The notes under the pieces: model-generated
What the model saw: the letters and a program-made list of their open reading frames with translations, nothing else
Database searches by the model: none
What the model was told of the DNA's origin: nothing
Source: Guillardia theta CCMP2712
Taxonomy: Eukaryota; Protista; Cryptophyta
Direction of reading: 5' to 3'
Length of the DNA: 64,000 bases
Assembly (NCBI RefSeq): GCF_000315625.1
Contig: NW_005434634.1
Coordinates: 396,531 to 460,530, forward strand
Shown here: positions 13,295-23,477 of the stretch, in pieces
Position numbering within the stretch: position 1 is the stretch's first letter
How the letters are laid out: each line of letters opens with the position of its first letter
Translations under genes and position numbers: made by a program

Positions 13295-14095
13295 TCAAGA
13301 GTCCAACAAAGGGCTTGATGGCGATGAGAGATCAGTTGTGGGATCACCGAGATCACCGAACATGTTCTGATCGTCGCTTCCGTATGAAACAGTATTATTG
13401 CTGCTCATACTCCCATTACTATCAGAAGACGAGAGATTATCGCTGCCAGCTGCAGCATTTTCTTCATTCTTCTCCGCGACAACATTGTTATTGGATGAAT
13501 GAGACTGCAGCTGAGCTCGGAAAGGCCATTTCTTGATTCCAAGCTTTCTGCAAGCAGATTTCAACGCAGTAGCACAGATCCCGAGTTGCTCGGCAGCCTT
13601 GTACAACGGCAGATTGAAAAGTTTTTGCAGGTTCCTCTCACTCAGTACCACAGGCTTGCTGTTCATCCTCACATTCTGCCCAGCCTTTCTTCTGGGGAAT
13701 ACCGTGTTGACTTTTGTATCCTTCGCACAATTCTGCTGCTTTGATGGAGGAGTCGGCGACACTGAACGATGTGACTCGTCCTGACAAAGAGACAATTCGG
13801 GAGTCTCAGCATCCGATAATTCAAGCGCTAGTTCTTCTTCTTCTTCTTCGCGAAGTCCAGAATATTCTTCATCGAAAGGCCAATCATTCACGTCACAAGT
13901 TGAGTATTGGAATAATTTAGAATTCCGCGCTGTGAGAAATTCGTCAAGAGGTTGAAAAATCGACGAGTATTCAACAAGAAAAATCATCGTAAGATCACAT
14001 AGTGAAATGACACGGACAAGTATCCAACGAATATAAGTTCCTCTCTTCTTGCAAATTGGAGAACTCAAGGGGGATATAAAAGCACTCGGTAGCAT
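13295..14095 (-). CDS. RWP-RK (NIN/RKD-like) transcription factor
   Basis: LSERNLQKLFNLPLYKAAEQLGICATALKSACRKLGIKKWPFR is an RWP-RK domain, with an acidic N-terminal region and Ser/Asn-rich tail. True start may be the internal Met near 13988. Confidence 0.9.
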   Translation of the reverse strand: MLPSAFISPLSSPICKKRGTYIRWILVRVISLCDLTMIFLVEYSSIFQPLDEFLTARNSKLFQYSTCDVNDWPFDEEYSGLREEEEEELALELSDAETPELSLCQDESHRSVSPTPPSKQQNCAKDTKVNTVFPRRKAGQNVRMNSKPVVLSERNLQKLFNLPLYKAAEQLGICATALKSACRKLGIKKWPFRAQLQSHSSNNNVVAEKNEENAAAGSDNLSSSDSNGSMSSNNTVSYGSDDQNMFGDLGDPTTDLSSPSSPLLDS

Positions 14096-14225
14096 GAAGA
14101 TCCAGCAAAGTGTGTTCGAAGTGGAGAAACAGCATAAATAGTGCTAGACAAGCAAGACAGTGAGGGGCCGTGCAGCATACACATTAGTTACAGAAGATAT
14201 TTCACAGGACAACAAGCTAGATCCA

Positions 14226-14457
14226 TTAGTCGCCTTGATGGGGGCCAAAGACCATGCAGGGATACTCGGGAGCATGAGGATCCGACGCATAGCGATTGCA
14301 ACCAACCATGTGGTGACCAGGGTGAATGCTACACAGGAGGATACACCACAATGATTGGGGGCTAGGTGCAAACAAAGAGATAGAAGCAAGAGAACCAACC
14401 GGGAGAGAGCATGTTGGCGGCAAAGGCCGTCCGGAGAAGCTTGTCGGCGAAGGCCAT
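14226..14457 (-). CDS. Predicted two-exon 54-aa microprotein MAFADKLLRTAFAANMLSPGCIHPGHHMVGCNRYASDPHAPEYPCMVFGPHQGD
   Basis: ATG at 14457, GT-AG intron 14395..14329 (67 nt, pyrimidine-rich), TAA at 14226-14228. Codons end mostly in C/T. C-run promoter-like tract upstream and T-rich UTR-like DNA downstream. Confidence 0.55.
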
Positions 14458-14479
14458 GTCTGCCCCCTCTTAATCTCAC

Positions 14480-15370
14480 ACTACCCCCCAGATTTTTATC
14501 ACCCCCTTGTGGCGGGTATCACCCCTCCAATTTACTGCCAAAGAACCCTATGTCCAAGGACTTTGATAGAACCCCACCCGAGCAGGTGATGCGCCCATCC
14601 ACTACCCCCTACCCCATCCCCCTGCAGCACTACCCACCTTATGAGATGGAAGTTTTCCGCAGATATTTGGAGGGTACCGGGATGCTGTGTATGGAACAGG
14701 GGAATGGGTGTGGAGCAATGGGGTGCTACAGGCACGAGGGCTATAGGCATATGTTTGGCAGATAGGTAGGTTGCTCTAAGGAGATAGGGTGGGGTGGGAA
14801 GGTGGAAGTACAGGGGGTGGGGGTTGGATTTCGACGAAAAGTACTTTACAATGAAAGGGTACTGTCGGTGTAATTTGGGGTGAGTTCCAAATCGTGTGGG
14901 TACTTTACAAAAGGGGTTGAGAACGGAACTGTCAATAAGGGGGTGGGGTAGTAAATGAGGAGGCTGGGGTATCATATGAGTACTGTCATGGAACACGGGT
15001 GCTTTTCCCATGTCAAACAAGGGTATCTGCATGGTGGTATCATGAAACGCTGTGATCTCGTGTGAGCTCGATTGATCAACTACCCTACCCCATGAACAAT
15101 TTTATTTCAACCCCACCTACTGAATTGAGCTCTACAAACACATGATTCATGGATAGTCAACTCCACTAGGCCTGCATTCCAATTGAAATCATAATCCTTA
15201 TCCCACATCCCACTGTCATCATGCACTGACCCCCTTCATTTGGGCACCCTACCCTTTATTCTCCATTTCAATCTGACCTCCCCTACCCCCATTTCAACAC
15301 AAAAAAATGAACGACACGCAATAGAAACTACCACTACCCCATTTTACAAAGGAAAAAGAAGGGGTAGCGT
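14480..15370. promoter_or_regulatory. Intergenic region of alternating C-run and G-run tracts (G-quadruplex-capable)
   Basis: C-runs at 14480-14640 and 15080-15345, G-runs at 14700-14970 (e.g. gggtggggtgggaaggtggaagtacagggggtgggggttgg). TACCCTACCC at 15081. Confidence 0.45.
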
Positions 15371-15429
15371 GTGTCTCTTTTTTGGCCTCCGGATCCTAGG
15401 AAGTTCCTAAGTCGTATCAACCCCCCTCA

Positions 15430-16012
15430 ATGCAATGATTCCCCGGCGGCCTGCCGCCGGGCCGACCGGGGCCCGGACTCTGCCGCACCCCGGGCCCGGC
15501 CGGGCAGTGAGCCGCCGGGGCCGCTCAGCGGCTGCCCCAGTGGGCGCGCGGCGGCGCCGGGTCAGGGCATCGCGGGGCCCGGCCCGGGGCCAGGCCCGGC
15601 CGGGCCGCCGTGACACTGCACTGCCAGGCCCGGGCGCCGGGCGGGAGCCGCTGCGGCCAGGCTGAGCCTGAGTGCGCCGGGCCGGGCCCCGGCGCACTGC
15701 GGCATGTAAACCGTCACGTTGGAGCCTGACTCGTGACTCAAATTATCAGTGCAAGTTGTCCCAAGTCTGCCCGGCCCACCGTCACTGCGGCCACAAGTCC
15801 TCCGAGTCACCATTGCCACCGATCCACTCAGGCTTGTAAAGAGAAAAGTTGCTTCCCATGATTTTTACAGAAGTTAACTTTAGGTTCGGCGGCTGCCAGT
15901 GACCGTCACCGCCCCGCCGGGATCGGACCCCGCCGGGCCGGGCCGGGCCGGGCGGCGGGCGGCCCGGGGGCCCGACCCGGTATCGGCCGCGTGCGGCCCG
16001 CGGCCGAGCCAT
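15430..16012. repeat. Bipartite very GC-rich CCGG/GGCC palindrome island upstream of the Mre11-Rad50 gene
   Basis: Two blocks (about 15440-15700 and 15885-16012) dense in ccgg, gggccc, cccggg and ggccgg, flanking a less GC-rich core. Confidence 0.7.
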
Positions 16013-16125
16013 CCGTCGGAACCTGGGTGAACTTGCGGACTGAAATATGCTCATGGCAGGGGCGCAGGGATTGTCAGCGTAGGAGTGTGGAGGGGATGAC
16101 CTACGTGGGAGAAAGCAGGTAGGCG

Positions 16126-19100
16126 ATGATCTTTCGGCATCATGGTAGGAGAAACATTCAAATATGCACACTCAGCACATTGCTATCCACTTCCTTGATC
16201 CTTGGGAATTGCCTCCTTCTTGCCATGCCATTTACGATTTTGCAAAGTGGGTCATGGCATTTGCTTCATCCTTCCACAAGGAAGAGATTGTTTTGCCCAG
16301 GGAACTCCGTGTTTTCTCGCTATTTGCTACGAACAAGCGCATTGCCTGAAGTCAAGTTGGTTTTGAGAGGTGGGTCACGGCACATTGCAAGGGCGACGCA
16401 CTCGGACCACAGCTCCAGAGATCAGTCGGGTTCACTTGATGAAGAGGAAGAGATCAAACCTTCCAAGCGAAAGAAGGCATTTTTGATAGATTTGGACGAG
16501 CAGGGTAAAGAGATATCTAGGAGACCAAAAGGAAGGGGGAGAGCCCCTTCCGGATACGTCCAATCCGAAGGCTTTCACTGGACAAGAGTGTTGAAGCAAG
16601 CAGACATTCATCGGAACAGAGAGAATTTCAGCTCTATGATGACAATGTCTTCGGACGAGGAGCCCACACTGAGATCCGTTCCTCTCTCCGCCACTCATAC
16701 ACCATTCAATCAGACCTGGACCGATCCGCCAGAGAAGTGGGTAGTGTTCAGCGACCTCCATGTGTCTCGCAACTCACTGGAAACATGCCTTCGTGTTCTT
16801 GAAACAATTCATCATGAGGCATTGAAACGAAATGCTGGCGTCATATTTCTTGGAGATTTCTGGCACGAGAAGGGAGTACTACGGGTGGATTCTTTGAATT
16901 CAATCTTGCTCGCATTGTCAAACTGGAAAGTCCCTGTTCTTGCGCTTCCTGGTAATCACGATCAGGCGACTTTTGATGGCGAAACTCATGCCCTGACTCC
17001 TTTGGGCCTCGTGCTCTCGGCCGGGCACATCATTTCAAAGCCTTCAATCTTGCTAGGTGCGCTTTGGGTGCCGTACACCCGCAGCCCAGAATCATTTAGG
17101 CAGATCGTCAGGAGTTGCCCGCCAGGAGAGGTTTCCGCTCTTTTCTGCCACGTTGATGTCATTGGTGCGGATCTTGGACTAGGAATGAAAGCAGAAAGAG
17201 GTCTGAATGTATCTGACTTCCCCGCGGATATTCCCGTCTACACTGGACACTACCATCGACCTCAGAAGCTCTGGGGCACTGCACACGATCGTCGAAGATT
17301 TCCTGTCCAGTATGTTGGCTCGCCTTACCAAACTTCTATGTCAGAAGCCCACGAAGACAAGTTTCTCCTCGTTTTGAATGCCAATAAGAACTGGACGGTC
17401 GAAGAGGAGATTCCGATGCAGGTGCACATACAATATTCAGACTTACCATTTCTCTCACGTTATTGTGTCATCTGCATATTGAGTGAGTTGACTTGTCACC
17501 GCAGATTGGACGTCGTCATTATATTGCCAAATCAATCGACGAGCTTGAGGAGAAAATCTTGAAATGGGAACCCTGCGTTGGAGACAGAATCCAGTTGACT
17601 GTCGACGACCCCATTGGTGCCCGTCAGAGGTTATCAAAGTTCAACCTATCAGGGGTCTCTCTTGAGGTGCTCTTATCCTTTAGTCCTGTTGAAGTCTAAT
17701 ATGCATCCTTGTTTAAATCTCAAGGTCAGAGAGAAGGTCCCCGAGCTGAAGCAAGCGCGCATTCCAAAGGCGGATATTCTGGATCCCTCCTCTCTCTTGT
17801 GCCGCTTTTTTGATCTACAAGACGGGTTGGGTGAGATGGAAGGAGCCATTAAGAAAGCTGCTAGTGGTCTACTTCAAGAGGTACTTGTAGAGAAGTCGTA
17901 TTCTTCCATTCAAAATCACAGGTTGGTCTTCTTTAACATCACAATTTGGAAAGTCACTCTTGACATTTAGGGAGGTTGTGTTTGAAAGCGTTGAATTGAA
18001 GGGGTACTGCTCTTTCGGTCCAAAGAAGAAGATCATGTATCCGTTGGAAGATAGAGGTGTGGTGTTAGTCATGGGTCGAAACCAGGATGAGAACAGGTAA
18101 GGCGAAGGACAACAGGAGCCCTTGAGGGTCTGACTTTTCTTCTCTATGCCAGTTGTGACAGCAATGGATCGGGGAAGACGAATCTTTGCATGGCTTCTCT
18201 CTGGGCTTTGACGGGATCTGCGGATGTGCGGGCAGACGGGAAGAGGCTGGGCAGGAAGGACGTTGTACATCAGATTCGAGGAGGAAGAGACCAAGAGGAA
18301 GCGTCAGTGACTGCAAGCGTGACTGTGAAAGGAAGGGTCAATGGGCAGGCGTTCAGCGTTCAGCGGAGGGTTTCTGAAGGAAAGGGGGAGAGTCATGCAC
18401 TCAAGCTGAAGTTGGGAGATCAGGATCTGACCCAATCCTCGCTGCGGGACACGCAGAGTGAGCTTGAGCGATTGATCCCTGTGCAGGTCATTCCCTTGCT
18501 CTACTAGTTCCCTTTATGACGAGCTACAGGTCATCTCTGACGCTGTGTTCCATGGACAACATCTCATTACAGGAATTCTTGACAAGACTGACAAAGACTT
18601 CAAGGCAACTCTTGACAATGTCATCTCGTCGGAGATTTGGTCTTCGGCTCAGGAAATTGCTAAGGATAGGAAGAAAAAAGCAAAGGCCAAAGCAGATGAG
18701 CTCAATGGTCGGCTGCTAGAGCGACAATCTGAGCAAGAAGCGTTGAAGTCTGCTTGCATGGACGTCATTAGCAAGTCGGACGCCTGGTCGACTGAGATGT
18801 CAGGTGCCCCCTGTTGCTGATGTCCTGATTCTCCAAGAGTGAACCATAACAGAAAAGATCCAAACGCTGTCGGACGAGATAAAGCACAAGAAAGAAGAAG
18901 TTCAGAAGAATATGTTGGATGTAAGCAATTGCAGGTAATTCCAGAGGATGGAGGCTGAGGGTGCAGGGTTAGCTGATCATCTGTTGAAATCGATGAAAGG
19001 CTGGAGACGAGTACAGCTTCAGAGAGGATGAAAGCCGCGCAAGACGAGTTCGACAGATCTCTTGATGAGCTGCAGAACTTGAGACTAGATGGTCAGAGAA

Positions 19101-21456
19101 AACGTACTGAACTTGAGATCAAAGTGAAGAAAGTATGACGTTCTCATTCTATTCTCAACTCTGAAGCCGTCCACAGAACATGAAAGCGGTCAGCTCAGCT
19201 CAGATGTTGCAGCGACAACTGGAAGTCAAACTCGAAGAGCTTGGGTCGATTGTAGCTAGGATGGATACAATCGAGCGAAAGAAGGAAGACGTGGAATCAC
19301 AACGCCTGAAATGGAAAGGAGATGTTCAGAGGAGAATATTAGAGACCAAAGAACTCCTTCAACAGGCCAAAGTCGATTGCGAGAAATATCGCAAGACGCT
19401 TGGAGAAGAGATGAATGAGATGGAGAGCACGAGAGTTATGCTGTTGAGAAAGTTGAACGAGACGGAGAGGACTTTCGAAGAAGTATCTGACCGGTGAGAA
19501 AGTGCATTAGCGACTGGGCCATTGTGTGATTCTCTTCAGCCGCGTTCGTTTGGAAGAGGCATGGAGGACGATCTCGCAGCAGCTGGAGGAGCTTGAAAAT
19601 CTCCAGCATAGGATGAGCTGTCATGTTTGTCTGCAGGTCCTGCACTCCTTGAAGTGCGTGTGTCTTACATTGACGCAGCCAATCAACCATTCACAACACA
19701 TGAATCATGTGATCGAGATGAAGCAAACCAAAGACGTCAAATATCGAGAAATGCAGGTGGCTGCAGCAGACTTCTCCAAGGCAAGCGAGCGACGGAAGGA
19801 GGTGTGCAGTGGCCCATGCGATGAGAACAGGGTGAACTATTTCTAGGCAAGAAGGCTGCTAGAGGAGCACTACGTGCACATGAATCTGGTACAAGAGAAG
19901 TTGAGGGAGGACCTCAAGACAGCTGAGGAGAATTCAACGAGCGCCAAGAGACTCCTGACAGAGCTGGAGGCAGAAGTCGATCCCTACAGGTTGGGATGAG
20001 TCAACTCCTCCAAGCACTGACGTTCCGCAGCTTGATGATAGAATCGGCTGCCGTCGATCAGGGAGAGTGCAACGAAGCTTTCAGGAAGTTGGTGAACTCG
20101 TTCAGTGATGAAGGTTGGAAGCAACAATTGGCTGAGCTGGGCTGTGCGGCCAAGCTTCCAGAGAGCAGGTTCGAGGACGAGGTGGATCTTCACACGACCT
20201 GGAAGCATGAGAAGACCGTGTGGGAGGAGGCAAAGGCTCAGCTTCAAGGGTTGGAAGCCACGTACAACCTTGATGTGATTGAGCTCGAGGTCGCGTCCTC
20301 TGCCTACTGAAGTGCGATGACTCAACTGCTGGAGCAGAAGGACATAGCAGGCATCGATTCACAAGCTATCAGCCTCGAGCAGAACCTTTCAGAGGCTCGA
20401 TTGAAGTGTCGCGAGACTCGGTGAATCCTTTTAGAGTATCATCTTCCTTCCTCGTTGACTGCCGTCCTCTCAGACAAGCGTTCGAGGAGGCGAGCTCGAG
20501 ACTTGAGCTTGCCATGAGCGCAGATCATGAAATGAAGGAGCTGGAGACCGCACTAGCACAAGGTACACACTCGAGGTCCCTTAGAGGCCCTGAAATCGAT
20601 CTCAGCGTATGATCGCTCGAACCCATGGCTGGCCGAAGTCAACATGCGCAAGGAGGCTGAGCAGAGCGGCATGCAGCGAATGCTGGAGCTGCAAGAAGCT
20701 CGTGACCTGGTGACCCAGGAGAGAACGAGAGGAAGGAAGGAAGTGATGTATGGTTTGTAGCAAGAGCAACAACAGAAGCAGTGGGAGAAGATTGATGAGA
20801 TCTTTGGAAAGAAAGGAATACAAAGTTTTGTGTACGAAGTGGCTATTCTCGAGCTACAGCAGAGAGCGGAGAAGTACCTTGAGGTTGTCAAAGCAGGTTA
20901 CACTACAGTGAGCTGGCTAAAATCATTATCAGGTGCTCTCAGAAGACTCGCTGAGACTTCAACTGGCGCTGGATGGATCGATTGTTGAGCGGAAGATCCT
21001 GATTCGCATGCAGGATGGCTCATACAGTAGCAGAACGCTGCATCAGCTGTCTGGTGGACAGTGGCGCAGGCTGAGCCTGGCTCTTGCTCTTGCCTTCTCT
21101 GAGTTGATCTTGTTGCAGTCCTTCTGACGTCACTGACATGTTTCCAGGTGGTCCATGGAGCGGACAGCTACTTCGTGTAACCTCCTGGTTCTGGATGAAG
21201 TCATGCAAGTAGGTTCTGAAGGATTCATGCCACCATCTTACTTCAGTCCCAGCACTTGGACAGCGAAGGGTGCATGCGAGTCAGCAAGATGCTGGAAGAC
21301 ATGATCGGAAAGAAGATGACGACTTTCTCTACTGTTCTCGTCGTTCTGCAAACTCAGATAGGAGAGGAACTTGGAGATTCTTTCGATCACATCGACGTCG
21401 TCGTGAAGTCTAACGATGAAAGTCAAGTCATGACTCTCGCTGGCAAGCGATACTAG
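16126..21456 (+). CDS. Mre11/SbcD nuclease - Rad50/SbcC ATPase fusion protein with N-terminal presequence, about 20 exons
   Basis: Phosphoesterase motifs FSDLH, GDFWH, PGNHD, FCHVD, TGHYH, YVGSPYQ. Then VELKGYCSFG, Walker A GRNQDEN..SNGSGKT, Q-loop FHGQH, coiled coil with zinc hook CHVCLQ|PI (about 19618), signature LSGGQ, and Walker B/D-loop LLVLDEVMQ|HLD. The two halves join in frame through short introns at about 17422-17504, 17667-17724 and 17922-17970. Confidence 0.88.
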
Positions 21457-21519
21457 TGACTGCTAGTGATTTATGTTTGTGAACAATCTTCTGAAATGCC
21501 GATGCACGCCACATGTACA

Positions 21520-21655
21520 CTAGCCGGCACTGATGCTACCGGGCCTCCCGCGGATCGGACCGGACTCCGGCCGCCGCCGGCCGCCCGGCCGCCCCGGCGG
21601 GCCGCCGGCGCTGGCCGGACTCCTCCCGGACGCCACTGAGGCGAGCTTGACGTGA
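21520..21655. repeat. CCGG/GGCC-rich GC island
   Basis: ccgggcctcccgcggatcggaccggactccggccgccgccggccgcccggccgccccggcgggccgccggcg. Same composition as 15430-16012 and 33290-33770. Confidence 0.65.
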
Positions 21656-21697
21656 ACTTAGGCCTGATTGCTTCCAGAAATAGCTTTGGACCAGAAA

Positions 21698-22740
21698 TGT
21701 TCGCTCTCCTGGAGGCTTGCCGCTTGAAGGCTTGTGCTGTGAATGATGCTGCAGAGCTGCAGGCAGTAAAACCAGCAAGAATGATGGAAATGGCCAGCGT
21801 TCATGTTGGTGTTGACAACGATTACTCGGTAATTTCTTCTACATAATGCATGCTTGTCAAGGAGATGGCAAAGAAGCTGTTTTCTTTAACCTGAAAGTGT
21901 GGTGGACACATATATCATATATCTTCTATGAGACTGATTTTGATGATTTGTGGCTCTAGTGACATTGTTTATTGATTTCATGAGCTAACATCGCTTTCGT
22001 TATTTGTACATCAGTTCTCTGGACCCAAAGCCGAGGAGGCTCTTCTCGCCAAAAGCAGAGTGCATGGAAACAGACTGCCAAGATTCTTGCTCTCATCAAC
22101 GAGATCTTACTAAGATTCCAAGAAACGTGGGAAGAATTTGGAATTAAACCAAATGATGTTCTGCATTAGTATGTGTGATGATGTTTGTAATGACAGCTTT
22201 GTCAATTTTTGGATTCTTCTCCTCTCACACTCATATCTTGACTCATGCAAATTATCTAACTTTCAACGGTCTGATCCTTCCTGGCGAAATCACAGGTAGA
22301 ACATTGCATGCTGAGATCATGGCCATGTTTAAGCGTGCTGAGATCATGGCGATGTTTTGCATCTGTTTTGAACAACAAGCAAACGGATGAACGAGTTGCG
22401 AAAGTGAGAGAACGGCTTGCGATGCAGTCGAAGCTCACGATACTCAGCAAGAAACTAACGAAACAAACTCGAACAAAACAAATGACTATCGCAGTCAAAC
22501 CCATCTAGAATAATGGTACAAATTTTTATTTCACCTATGTAGAAGTTATGCCTCTTGATCACCATCCAAGGCGCTTGCTCCTGAAGGATAAAGGTTGTAA
22601 ATCCTGATCGCAGCCTCCTCTGGATCTTCTCCATCGCTTCCAAGATACCTGTAGCACATTTTTCATTGACTAACAAAGTACAACGGCCAAGAAAATCATC
22701 AAAGGCTTGCAGTCAGCGCAAAATAAACTCGCTGAATATC
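21698..22740. pseudogene. Degenerate coding-like region with broken frames and a 27-bp-period duplication
   Basis: Short protein-like fragments in shifting frames (e.g. AWKQTAKILALINEILLRFQETWEEF, NKQTDERVAKVRERLAMQSKL). No clean spliced model found. Confidence 0.3.
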
Positions 22741-22762
22741 ATAACTACTTGATACTTGACAT

Positions 22763-23332
22763 TTAAATCGCATACCTGAGAAAGTTAGAGTAATGTCTAC
22801 GAAAATCTGCTGATCTTGGAGACTCTGTTACTCCGTCTAATCTGCCATGCGTTGTAGATGGACTTTGTTTCCAACCGGGAAAGTATGTATGCGGATCACC
22901 ACTATTGACGGGCGTTAACACGTCAGAATCTTCGTCTTCAAATTGAAAGTGTTTCTTTTCAAAGTCAGCAACAGTGTCCACGCTTCCCGAAGCAGTGTCA
23001 ATTTTTGTCACAGCACCGGTTTCTGGATTTCTCGCGGTGAATACGCCGGTTGCTGGATCATATTTGACCTCCATATTGGGAACTGTGCTGGATGAAAGCA
23101 TTTGTACCTGGTGCATTGGAAGGTAAAAGCTTGTTTGTACCAACGCAGAAGTGTGGTCGGTAACAGAGTACATCGAAACACACAACAGCATGGCAGCAGC
23201 CACACTGCAGAGAGTAGCAGCGGCTAGACTAGGCTGCATAGATATGAATCTCACGAGTCCCTTGGAGCCTCTATTCCAAGCTTGATGTTGCACAGCCGCA
23301 ATCAGATGCTCGCCCTCGTCGCTGCTGCTCAT
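22763..23332 (-). CDS. Intronless membrane-anchored or secreted protein of unknown function (about 189 aa)
   Basis: Likely start MSSSDEGEHL (23332). Hydrophobic segment LAAATLCSVAAAMLLCVSMYSV, then ALVQ...QVQMLSS and a short beta-rich region (VKYDPATGVFTARNPETGAVTKID). Confidence 0.7.
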   Translation of the reverse strand: MSSSDEGEHLIAAVQHQAWNRGSKGLVRFISMQPSLAAATLCSVAAAMLLCVSMYSVTDHTSALVQTSFYLPMHQVQMLSSSTVPNMEVKYDPATGVFTARNPETGAVTKIDTASGSVDTVADFEKKHFQFEDEDSDVLTPVNSGDPHTYFPGWKQSPSTTHGRLDGVTESPRSADFRRHYSNFLRYAI

Positions 23333-23477
23333 GATGGCATTTGCTGCGACACTTGAAACTTCACTCATCACTTCGTCCAAAAAGACAGCATCATCTGCTA
23401 CCTTCCGTTTCGCACCCGGCAAGGGCAGCAAAATTTGTGCGGGGACGAGGGCCAAGCTGATATAAGGCTGTAGCGCA

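Noticed and set aside
15371-16171. Pro/Arg/Gly/Ala-rich ORFs on both strands (also 21536-21778, 33330-33533)
   Set aside because: By-products of stop-poor GC islands, with no domain signal.
22296-22360. TLHAEIMAM resembling a deaminase HxE motif
   Set aside because: No downstream PCxxC, lies in a small duplication within a broken frame.
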